A program made the position numbers and the translations under genes. From Deltaproteobacteria bacterium (GTDB lineage: Bacteria > Myxococcota_A > Polyangia > Polyangiales > JADJMO01), in contig JANYDK010000135.1 of NCBI GenBank assembly GCA_025363655.1, forward strand, positions 1 to 35,345: DNA of 35,345 nt, written 5' to 3'. The first letter of the stretch is position 1, and each line of letters begins with the position of its first letter. The notes beneath the pieces were generated by a model that had not been told where the DNA came from, did no database searches, and saw only the letters and a list, made by a program, of their open reading frames with translations. This document shows, one piece after another, positions 28,945-35,345 of this stretch.

Positions 28945-29075
28945 CGTGACGACGAGAGTTTGAGGACCGCTTTCGCTGCTCTACCCGGCTGAGCTACCCC
29001 CCCATAGATGGAGAGGGCCGGATTCGAACCGGCGACAATCGAATTACCAATGGATTCCTCAGAGCATTCGTCACG
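28945..29075 (-). ncRNA. Candidate structured tRNA-mimic ncRNA (Y-RNA-like / permuted tRNA-like module): T-arm, loop-capped acceptor stem and D-arm, enclosed by an 8-bp terminal helix
   Basis: Minus strand 5'->3': CGUGACGA...GCCGG-UUCGAAU-CCGGC-CCUCUCC-A-UCUAU-GGGGGGG-UA-GCUC-AGCCGGGUA-GAGC...UCGUCACG. T-loop and D-arm are tRNA-consensus. The acceptor strands are complementary (two G.U) across a 6-nt loop. The terminal 8-bp helix is perfectly complementary. Confidence 0.55.
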
Positions 29076-29250
29076 TGTCTCGGAGAGCGGCCGAAGTCGC
29101 GGAGCGAGCTTCGGCAATTCGAGGAAGACGGAGGACTCGCACCCCACGCCGCAAGCGACGCGCACTGTTTTCGAAACAGGCTCGATCCTGTGATCGAATC
29201 ATCTTCCGGAGAGAGAGAGAAGCGCGGAGACGAGTGGAAGAGAGACGTTT

Positions 29251-29345
29251 ACAGGCGACGGGAGTCGAACCCGCAACCTCCGGACCACCCGGTGCTCGGA
29301 TGCTCCTCGAGCTGCGCCTACCATGTAGTCCCTCGGACATTCTCC
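29251..29345 (-). ncRNA. Class-II (Ser-like) tRNA-like element / probable tRNA pseudogene with non-pairing acceptor ends
   Basis: 5' part GGAGAAUGUCCGAGGG.. resembles tRNA-Ser. Long variable hairpin CCGG-GUGGU-CCGG. Canonical T-arm GCGGG-UUCGACU-CCCGU. But the 5' GGAGAAU and 3' CGCCUGU cannot form an acceptor stem. The T-arm region is identical over 22 nt to the element at 34603-34624. Confidence 0.4.
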
Positions 29346-29481
29346 GCGTGAAATCTGAAAGGGGCGAACCTGTCCATCTTGCCCGGTGCGCAGGGGCATG
29401 TAACAAGCCCGGTCGATTGTCCGCAACTTCGGTCGCGCTCGCGCCGATGAGTGGGGAAACCCGCAACGATCCGAGGATCTC

Positions 29482-30927
29482 ATGTCCACCGCGCGCTCCG
29501 TCCTGATCGGCATGACCACCGTGGTGCTCCTCGCGACCGCCGCCTGCCGAAACCTCGATTTCGACACCGCGTGCTCGTCCGACCCGACGAAATGCGACGA
29601 CTACGACGCCGGCGGCGATGCTGCCGCCGATGCCACGCTCGACGGGGCCGATACAGGCGACAGTGGCGGCGGTGACTCCGGCGATAGCGCCGTCGATGCC
29701 AGCGGCGACGTCAGAGACGGCTGCGCGCCGATCGCCTGTCCGGCCACTGCGTGCGGCTCCTTGGACGACGGGTGCGGTGGCAAGCTCACGTGTCCCGACT
29801 GCCCGAGCGGCAAGACCTGCGACACCACCACGCACAGCTGTGTCTGCAAGCCGATCACCGCATGTCCGATCGGCCTCGATTGCGGCAAGGTGCCTGATGG
29901 CTGCGGCGGAACGTTCGACTGCCTGGGCTGCACCGGCGGCAAGACCTGCAACACGACCACGAACAAGTGCGAGACGACGTGCGTCCCGGCGACCAGTTGC
30001 CCGACCGGCAAGTGCGGAGACCTCGACAACGGCTGCGGCACCGGCACGCTGACGTGCGGTTGCACCTTGCCGCAAAAGTGCGGAGGCGGCGGCAGCCCTG
30101 GAGTCTGCGGGTGCACGCCAACCGGTTCTTGCGGCGCGCGCGTCTGTGGATCGGTAGCGGATGGTTGCGGAGGTGCCATCAACTGTGGCCCGCTCGGCGG
30201 CGGCTGCGCAAGCGCGACGCCGACCTGCACTGCCGCGGGTGCGTGCGTCTGCACCGCCACGTCATGCCCTCTTGGGCAGACCTGCAACGGCTCGGGCGTC
30301 TGTGTCTGCTCGCCGTCCTGGTCCTGCACGGGCAAGTGCGGCACCATCACCGATACCTGTGGTGGGACGCATGATTGTGGCGGTTGCACGGCTCCGGCAA
30401 CGTGCGGTGGTGGGGGCAGTGGAACGGCGAATGTCTGCAGTGTCTGCAGTTGGACGAGCACGTATCCGCCTGCTGGGGGGTGCCCGAGTGGCGACAATTA
30501 TTGGCAATGTTGGACACCGCCGGCCCTCGGTGGCCGAACGGCCGACTTCAACGTGCTCACGCTCTGCGGCGATGCCGTCATCCAGGACACCAAGACCGGC
30601 CTGATGTGGGCGCAAAACGAGGAGACACGCACGACTTGGGCTAATGCGAAAACGGAATGCACGGCCTCTCGCCGTGCCGGCTTCTCCGATTGGAGAGTGC
30701 CGACGCCCGTCGAGCTGCAGTCGATTGTCGACTATCTCAAGACCACAGCGCCGGCAATCGACAGCAAGTTTCAAGGGGTCGTCGTTGGTTCCGCGCCGAC
30801 GAATGATGACACGTGGTCGTCCACGCTCGATCCGTTCTCGGCGAACGGATGGGCCGTCGACTTCTATAGTGGCACCGCGGGCGCTGGCGACACGGGAAAT
30901 CCCTTTGCAGTTCGTTGCGTGCGTTGA
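29482..30927 (+). CDS. Secreted lipoprotein: Myxococcus-type cysteine-rich repeats (x~9) fused to a C-terminal DUF1566 (Lcl-C-terminal-like) domain
   Basis: Signal/lipobox LLATAAC. Repeats C-x4-CG-x3-DGCGG-x3-C-x2-C. C-terminal TGLMW...W..A...C.......GFSDWRVPT..EL.SIVDY.... Confidence 0.75.
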   Translation: MSTARSVLIGMTTVVLLATAACRNLDFDTACSSDPTKCDDYDAGGDAAADATLDGADTGDSGGGDSGDSAVDASGDVRDGCAPIACPATACGSLDDGCGGKLTCPDCPSGKTCDTTTHSCVCKPITACPIGLDCGKVPDGCGGTFDCLGCTGGKTCNTTTNKCETTCVPATSCPTGKCGDLDNGCGTGTLTCGCTLPQKCGGGGSPGVCGCTPTGSCGARVCGSVADGCGGAINCGPLGGGCASATPTCTAAGACVCTATSCPLGQTCNGSGVCVCSPSWSCTGKCGTITDTCGGTHDCGGCTAPATCGGGGSGTANVCSVCSWTSTYPPAGGCPSGDNYWQCWTPPALGGRTADFNVLTLCGDAVIQDTKTGLMWAQNEETRTTWANAKTECTASRRAGFSDWRVPTPVELQSIVDYLKTTAPAIDSKFQGVVVGSAPTNDDTWSSTLDPFSANGWAVDFYSGTAGAGDTGNPFAVRCVR

Positions 30928-31026
30928 GGAAGGCCGCCCATGCGACAATCGAGTTTCAACGACAAATCAGACACGCTTCCTGCCCGCAAAACACCACCCA
31001 ATCCACGTCATGAAAGCGCCAAGACT

Positions 31027-31500
31027 ATGCCGCTGTTCCAACGTATCGTGACCGTCGCCGCGTGCGCCATCGTGGCCGCGACTTGGATGGCCCGCGCGCC
31101 TCGCGCGGATGCCCCGGCGGGCCGCTACACTGCCACGACCGTCGGTGGTACGGCCGCTGTCAAAGACAATGTCACTGGCCTCACATGGATGCGGAACGAG
31201 CTGGTCGGAACCTTCGACTGGGCCGGTGCGAGCACAGGCTGCACGGGAGGATGGAGGCTTCCCAGCGTGATCGAGCTGAACGGAATTGTCGACTACGTGC
31301 ACACCGGACCGCCCCCGAAGATCGATCGCACGTTCTTTCAAGGGCAGACGGCAGGTTCCGTTCCGACGAGCGGCGAAATATGGTCGTCGACTGCCGCGGC
31401 ATTGAGGTCGGGAAACGCGTGGTACATAGATTTCAAGAACGGCACCATCGACCGCTATCCCGTAGTCGGCATCCCAATCGGCGTTCGCTGTGTGCGCTGA
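31027..31500 (+). CDS. Secreted stand-alone DUF1566 domain protein (paralog of the C-terminus of the upstream gene)
   Basis: Signal peptide MPLFQRIVTVAACAIVAATWMARA. VTGLTWMRNE..., GGWRLPSVIELNGIVDY. Same C-terminal motif (..GVRCVR) as the 29482 gene. Confidence 0.75.
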   Translation: MPLFQRIVTVAACAIVAATWMARAPRADAPAGRYTATTVGGTAAVKDNVTGLTWMRNELVGTFDWAGASTGCTGGWRLPSVIELNGIVDYVHTGPPPKIDRTFFQGQTAGSVPTSGEIWSSTAAALRSGNAWYIDFKNGTIDRYPVVGIPIGVRCVR

Positions 31501-31586
31501 GCACGACCCGAGGCGGGAATTGGGAAAACACGAAGGGGCCCGCGCACGAAGCGCGGACCCCTCCGAGGGAATGGCGTCGTGCTTCG

Positions 31587-32621
31587 TTACTTGAGAATGC
31601 AGCCGCTGACCGCCACATCACCACTGGAGGCGAGCTTGAGGCTGTCGCCGCAGAGGTAGAAGTGGAGCCCGTCGGTCGAATTGCCGTACGAGAAAGCCCA
31701 GTAGTAGCCGACTCCGAAGGAGTAGTCGGAGAGACCGATGTCGACCTTGGCGGCGCCGCCACCCGGATCGAAGGTGACCGTCTTGATGTGGATTTCGCCG
31801 CTCGCTGCCGTGGTGGTGAACGGCAGGGATACGTACGACTTGAACGGCACCGAGGAGCCGGTGCTCAGCGTGTAGACCGTGCCGTCGAGCGCGGTGAGCG
31901 TGACGGAGAGCGGGCCGTTGTAGCCGTTGAAGAACTGCAGGGTCGGCACGGTCGCCGCGGCGGTCGGGTCCGGGTCGTGGATGGAGAGGAGGTTGTACGG
32001 CTTCGACGCCAGAGTGACGTTGCCGTAGATGATCGCGGTGTTGTAGCCGACCTGGAAGGTCGCCTTGTCGTCCGTGATGTTGACGTTGTTGCCAGGGCCC
32101 GTGCCGATCGTGAATTTCGCGCTCTCGAGGCAGCTGCTGCCCTTGGCGACAAGACGAATTCGCGCGGTGGTGTGCGTAGAGTCGAGGTCGAGCTTGAAGT
32201 ACTCGGAGACCTCGGGCGAGGAGAATGAGCCGCTGAACGCGTTGGCGATCGGGCCCTTGTACACGTCCGTCGCGCTCGCGGCGGTCACGCCGTCCCACGG
32301 CAGGTAGCAGAGGTCGTAGTCTGTGCCCGTCGTGAAGTCGCTCGTCGCGACGACGAAGCGTACGTAATACGCAGTGCTGTCCGGCGGCGGGACCCACGTG
32401 CTGGTGTCGGTGCCCGGAGTGCCGGTGTCCGCACCCGGCGTGGTGTCGGGCGTGCCGGTGTCGGTCCCAGGCGTGCCCGTGTCGGTGCCGGGCGTGCCGG
32501 TGTCGGTATTGACGGTGCCGGTGTCGGACGCGTCAGCCGTGTCCTCGGTCTTGACCGTGCAACCAGCCGCGATGACGAGCATCGCCGCAAACGCAGAAAT
32601 ATACGAAAGCCGTGATTTCAT
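31587..32621 (-). CDS. Hypothetical lipoprotein with a TGTPGTD tandem repeat linker
   Basis: MKSRLSYISAFAAMLVIAAGC (lipobox). 5x (D)TGTPGTD. Beta-rich C-terminal domain. No family recognised. Confidence 0.55.
   Translation of the reverse strand: MKSRLSYISAFAAMLVIAAGCTVKTEDTADASDTGTVNTDTGTPGTDTGTPGTDTGTPDTTPGADTGTPGTDTSTWVPPPDSTAYYVRFVVATSDFTTGTDYDLCYLPWDGVTAASATDVYKGPIANAFSGSFSSPEVSEYFKLDLDSTHTTARIRLVAKGSSCLESAKFTIGTGPGNNVNITDDKATFQVGYNTAIIYGNVTLASKPYNLLSIHDPDPTAAATVPTLQFFNGYNGPLSVTLTALDGTVYTLSTGSSVPFKSYVSLPFTTTAASGEIHIKTVTFDPGGGAAKVDIGLSDYSFGVGYYWAFSYGNSTDGLHFYLCGDSLKLASSGDVAVSGCILK
32395..32530. repeat. 15-nt tandem repeats (GGCGTGCCGGTGTCG-like) encoding TGTPG units
   Basis: Direct reading of the sequence. 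Confidence 0.7.
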
Positions 32622-33068
32622 GAGTCCTCCATTGGAGCAAGCATCGGCGATGCTATGTCACAGGCAGGTGACTTGTCTCTCCTCATCGTCGCCACCTCCG
32701 CTCGATTCGCCTCGTGCTTGCGAGTGCGAGGTGCGCTCGGGTTCGACGAGCGGCCAGCGACTGTCATCCAGTCAAAGACGCACGAATTCACAGGAAAACC
32801 GTGGCATTTTGGCGTGGATCAACGACAGGGACGGACCTGCAAACGGTTTCGTTCCGTCGTGGGCGTCGGTGATTGTCGTTGCGCACTGTTTGCGCTTGGG
32901 TGCGTCGGCCACGAATCGAACGTGGACGTCCTCCTTATCAGGGAGAGCAGGGGAACCACCCCGTACCGACGCGAGGTTCAGGTCGAAGAACGTTTGAAGA
33001 CCGTTTGAAGAATTGCGAAGAGAGATCCCGGAACGTCCGCTCGAGAGCGTCGGTCCGGGATCTCACCC

Positions 33069-34190
33069 TCAACTGCCTCGGCCGTCGGGCTTCGGCGCGG
33101 CTTCGGTGAGCAGGCCCACCGGCAGCAGCGACTTCAGCCCGTCCGCTCCGACGACGACGCGCACCTCGTGGATGCGCGACGCGATCTCCTTCAGCGACTC
33201 CAGCTCCTTGAGTCGCAGCAGGATCGGATGCTCGGCCATGACCTTGGCGGTGTTGGCGAGCGAGCGCGTCGCCGCCGTCTCCTCCCTACGGAGAATGACG
33301 TTCGCCGCCGCTTCCTTCTCGGCCTCGATGACGCGGTTGAGGAGCGTCTTCATCTCCCCGGGGAGCACCACGTCCTTTACGCCGACGCGTTCGACACGAA
33401 CACCGAAGCGCGCGGCCTTCGGCGTCGCGTCCTCGTGGAGGAAACGCGTCATCGTGTCACGACCGGCGAGGAGCTCGTCGAGCGTGACGCTGGCCATGAA
33501 GTCACGCGCCGCGAGCTGCACGATGAGGTAGAGCGCGTCCTTCACGCTCGCCACCGCGTGCGCCGAGAGCGCCGCGTCGACGATCGCGAATTCGACCGTC
33601 AGCGACAGCCGCAGCGTCACCTTGTCGCGGGTCATCAGCTCCTGACCCGTGAGCGCGAGCTGCGTCAGCCGGAGATCGATCGTCTGCACGTCGACCTTCG
33701 CCTCGGGGTGCGACCAGAGCGCGTATCGACCCGGGCCGAGCGTCCGCGAGAGACGACCCTGCACGTACTCGAGTCCACGCTCGTATTCGCGAATCGTCAC
33801 ATCGACGTACTGATCGCGCGGGAGCACCGCGATCAGCTCGGCCGTCAGCGCCGGCAGCGGCTCCTTCACCGAGAGGACGACGACGCGAATCGTCTCGTCG
33901 ACCTTCCAGTAACGGTGCGTTCCCGGCTTGAGGAAGAGGACGGGCTTGCCGTCTCGGTAGACGAACGCACGCTCTTCCGACGAGAGCGCGACCTCGCCGT
34001 ACCACTCCGTCGGGAGGACCGCGCGAATCGCCGCGGACGTCTCGAACACGAGCAGCTCGGTCGAGAACCGCAGCTCCGTGAAGTGGAATCCCCACACCGT
34101 GTGGCTACCCGGTCCGAATGCACGGAGAGGGAGGCCGTCTCGGAAGAGCACGACACGTTCGTCGAGCTTCACACGAACCGACTTCATCAT
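33069..34190 (-). CDS. SPFH/Band-7 (stomatin/prohibitin-like) domain protein
   Basis: C-terminal SPFH region with coiled-coil (..VRVERVGVKDVVLPGEMKTLLNRVIEAEKEAAANVILRREETAATRSLAN..). Confidence 0.7.
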   Translation of the reverse strand: MMKSVRVKLDERVVLFRDGLPLRAFGPGSHTVWGFHFTELRFSTELLVFETSAAIRAVLPTEWYGEVALSSEERAFVYRDGKPVLFLKPGTHRYWKVDETIRVVVLSVKEPLPALTAELIAVLPRDQYVDVTIREYERGLEYVQGRLSRTLGPGRYALWSHPEAKVDVQTIDLRLTQLALTGQELMTRDKVTLRLSLTVEFAIVDAALSAHAVASVKDALYLIVQLAARDFMASVTLDELLAGRDTMTRFLHEDATPKAARFGVRVERVGVKDVVLPGEMKTLLNRVIEAEKEAAANVILRREETAATRSLANTAKVMAEHPILLRLKELESLKEIASRIHEVRVVVGADGLKSLLPVGLLTEAAPKPDGRGS

Positions 34191-34547
34191 GATGTTTTCG
34201 AGCCTCCGAAACCGAAACCGTCGGTCGTGCGGGCGAGGTCATCGCAGAGTGAGAGAGAGAGGGAACGAAGCGAAAAAATAGGGTCGACCGAAGGAGCGAT
34301 CCGCGGCCGCTGGCAGCACCCGACGACGAGCGAGGGGAGCCACGGGAAGCCGAGGACGTCATGCGCGCTCGTTCGCGGGACTGTCGAGCAGGGAGTGCCG
34401 GCGGTCTGTCACCCAAACGGGTGACGAGATGGCCGACGTCCGCGCCCGGAGGCGTCGCGTCGGGGAAGTGCAATGACGGTTCACCGCACGAGCGAGCTCG
34501 TCGGTGCGTGAGGACCGCGTCCTTCGGTGGACCGGTGCGAGGAGGGA

Positions 34548-34631
34548 GACAGATGAAAAGTCTGTTGCCTTACCATTAGGCTACGACCGCGGATTTTTGG
34601 TGCAGTCGACGGGAGTCGAACCCGCAATTCC
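34548..34631 (-). ncRNA. Circularly permuted tRNA-like element: T-arm + acceptor 3' strand + ACCA, 7-nt linker, acceptor 5' strand + D-arm + anticodon-like arm (anticodon position UUU, C37). G3.U70 and A73 present.
   Basis: Minus 5'->3': GCGGG-UUCGACU-CCCGU-CGACUGC-A-CCA-AAAAUCC-GCGGUCG-UA-GCCU-AAUGGUA-AGGC-A-ACAGA-CUUUUCA-UCUGU. The acceptor strands pair perfectly (7 bp, including G3.U70). No T-arm follows the anticodon arm, so it is not a conventional tRNA in either direction. Confidence 0.5.
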
Positions 34632-34750
34632 ATTTCCCGAAGAAGGTCGGGAGGCCCGCTACCGAGCAGACAGACGCGTTCGTAAACGACGTACGGACAC
34701 CGAACGAAGAAGTCTCTCGACCAACGAACGGCGCGCCGGCGCATGAGCCA

Positions 34751-34776
34751 CGATGTCTCATGGGAGTCGAACCCAC
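34751..34776 (-). other. Isolated tRNA T-arm/3'-end fragment (GUGGG-UUCGACU-CCCAU-GAGACAU) 2 nt downstream of tRNA-Tyr
   Basis: T-loop consensus without any 5' partner. Confidence 0.4.
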
Positions 34777-34778
34777 GG

Positions 34779-34859
34779 TGGAGAGTGGAGGAATCGAACC
34801 TCGTAGCCTAGAGGCGCCCCGTTTACAGCGGCGCTAGGGTCCCAGCCCAGACACTCTCC
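34779..34859 (-). tRNA. tRNA-Tyr (GUA), class II
   Basis: GGAGAGU..perfect 7-8 bp acceptor with ACUCUCC-A. Anticodon loop CUGUAAA identical to bacterial tRNA-Tyr. Long variable arm. T-loop UUCGAUU. Confidence 0.8.
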
Positions 34860-34997
34860 GAAATACGAAACAGGCGTGAAAACGAGCCAAACGGAGGAGG
34901 ACGGGCGAGTTGCACGCCATGCCCTGAAGGCACGTCCCGGGTAGCGGCCGGGCCTCGTCACTACGACGAGCTCATCCTCCAGAAAAGTGACACCAGT

Positions 34998-35079
34998 GCT
35001 CGAGGGGGGAGTCGAACCCCCATGCCCGAAGGGCCGCCGCTTCTGAAACGGGTGTGTATGCCAAATTCACCACTCGAGC
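34998..35079 (-). tRNA. tRNA-Leu (CAG), class II
   Basis: GCUCGAG/CUCGAGC acceptor, A73. D-arm GUG-AAUUUGGCAUA-CAC. Anticodon loop UUCAGAA. Variable hairpin GCCC-UUCG-GGGC. T-arm GGGGG-UUCGACU-CCCCC. Confidence 0.75.
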
Positions 35080-35105
35080 GTGAGTAGCGGAGAGTCTAGT
35101 TTTCG

Positions 35106-35160
35106 TGCGCAGTGAGGGAGTCGAACCCTCTCGATTTCCATGTCGAGGAAACCAGGTCGC
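35106..35160 (-). other. tRNA-like fragment: canonical T-arm (GAGGG-UUCGACU-CCCUC) preceded by a hairpin CUCGA-CAUGGAAA-UCGAG, with no matching acceptor 5' strand
   Basis: Hand fold. The acceptor complement was searched for on both sides and not found. Confidence 0.35.
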
Positions 35161-35345
35161 CAGACCGTCACCGCGCGCCGCGAAATGTGCGAAAAGTACG
35201 AAAAAGGGCTCTCCGAGAGGTTTGATGGAAGCGCAGCGGCGTAGGCCGAGCATTGCGGCACGAGAAACCGCGGCGATCGCGACGTAGGAAGCGGTGACGA
35301 CGATGGTGATGGAACGCGCACGATCGAAGGGCTACCTCGGGGGTT

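Noticed and set aside
28985-29110. A conventional tRNA (Ser/Sec-like) ending at ..GGUUCGAAUCCGGCCCUCUCCA
   Set aside because: No complementary 5' acceptor strand (GG[AG]G[AG]GG) exists within 250 nt upstream. Instead the complement lies immediately downstream across a 6-nt loop, followed by a D-arm.
28945-29400. tmRNA (ssrA) as an explanation for the tRNA-like T-arm/acceptor pieces
   Set aside because: There is no GGGG...UUCGAC 5' tRNA-like domain pairing with the 3' end, and no ANDxxxALAA tag reading frame in any frame of the region.
32655-33008. 117-aa ORF between the repeat lipoprotein and the SPFH gene
   Set aside because: No signal, no domain, and poor codon structure. It is probably an intergenic or promoter region.
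34548-34700. A conventional tRNA-Lys(UUU) starting at GCGGUCGUAGCCUAAUGGUAAGGCAACAGACUUUUCAUCUGU
   Set aside because: No T-arm or acceptor 3' strand follows the anticodon arm. The matching 3' half lies upstream of it instead.
1-35345. CRISPR arrays, integrase/transposase genes, rRNA
   Set aside because: No regularly spaced identical direct repeats with unique spacers. No ORF with integrase (R-H-R-Y) or DDE transposase motifs. No rRNA-like conserved stretches.

Overview
High-GC (about 68-70%) chromosomal segment. It is most likely from a myxobacterium (Myxococcota): it carries Myxococcus-type Cys-rich repeats, many lipoproteins and a GspD secretin. Gene calls rest on ORF length and conserved motifs read by eye. 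Many long antisense ORFs are GC artefacts and were ignored.

Left to right:
- An RHS/YD-repeat polymorphic-toxin C-terminal module, with an overlapping immunity-like ORF and a diverged ~200-bp tandem duplication of the junction with the next gene (1-2.8 kb).
- A secreted lipase-like lipoprotein and a PAS hybrid histidine kinase.
- Two exported hypothetical proteins (one DUF5916/CBM9-like), a DUF898 repeat membrane protein, an SCPx-type thiolase, an Hpt protein, an MFS transporter, a TOBE/Mop protein and an apparently orphan T2SS secretin GspD.
- Lipoproteins, a GGDEF cyclase, HIT, quinone oxidoreductase and an RNB RNase.
- An RNA-metabolism cluster: RRM glycine-rich RNA-binding protein, DEAD-box helicase, HNH endonuclease, methyltransferase, tRNA-Pro and the RNA ligase RtcB.
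- A 5.5-kb accessory-looking stretch (Cys-rich DUF1566 proteins, a repeat lipoprotein, an SPFH protein).
- A tRNA cluster: tRNA-Tyr and tRNA-Leu plus several non-canonical tRNA-like pieces.

The most interesting signal is a structured, ~131-nt tRNA-mimic element directly upstream of rtcB on the same strand. It contains a T-arm, a loop-capped acceptor stem and a D-arm in circularly permuted order, closed by an 8-bp terminal helix. This is the architecture expected for bacterial Y-RNA-like (YrlA-type) tRNA mimics that accompany rtcB/rsr loci, but no Ro60/Rsr gene is present in the window. A second, independent permuted tRNA-like element (with G3.U70, A73 and an encoded CCA) lies in the tRNA cluster. 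Related T-arm segments form direct repeats bracketing the accessory stretch.
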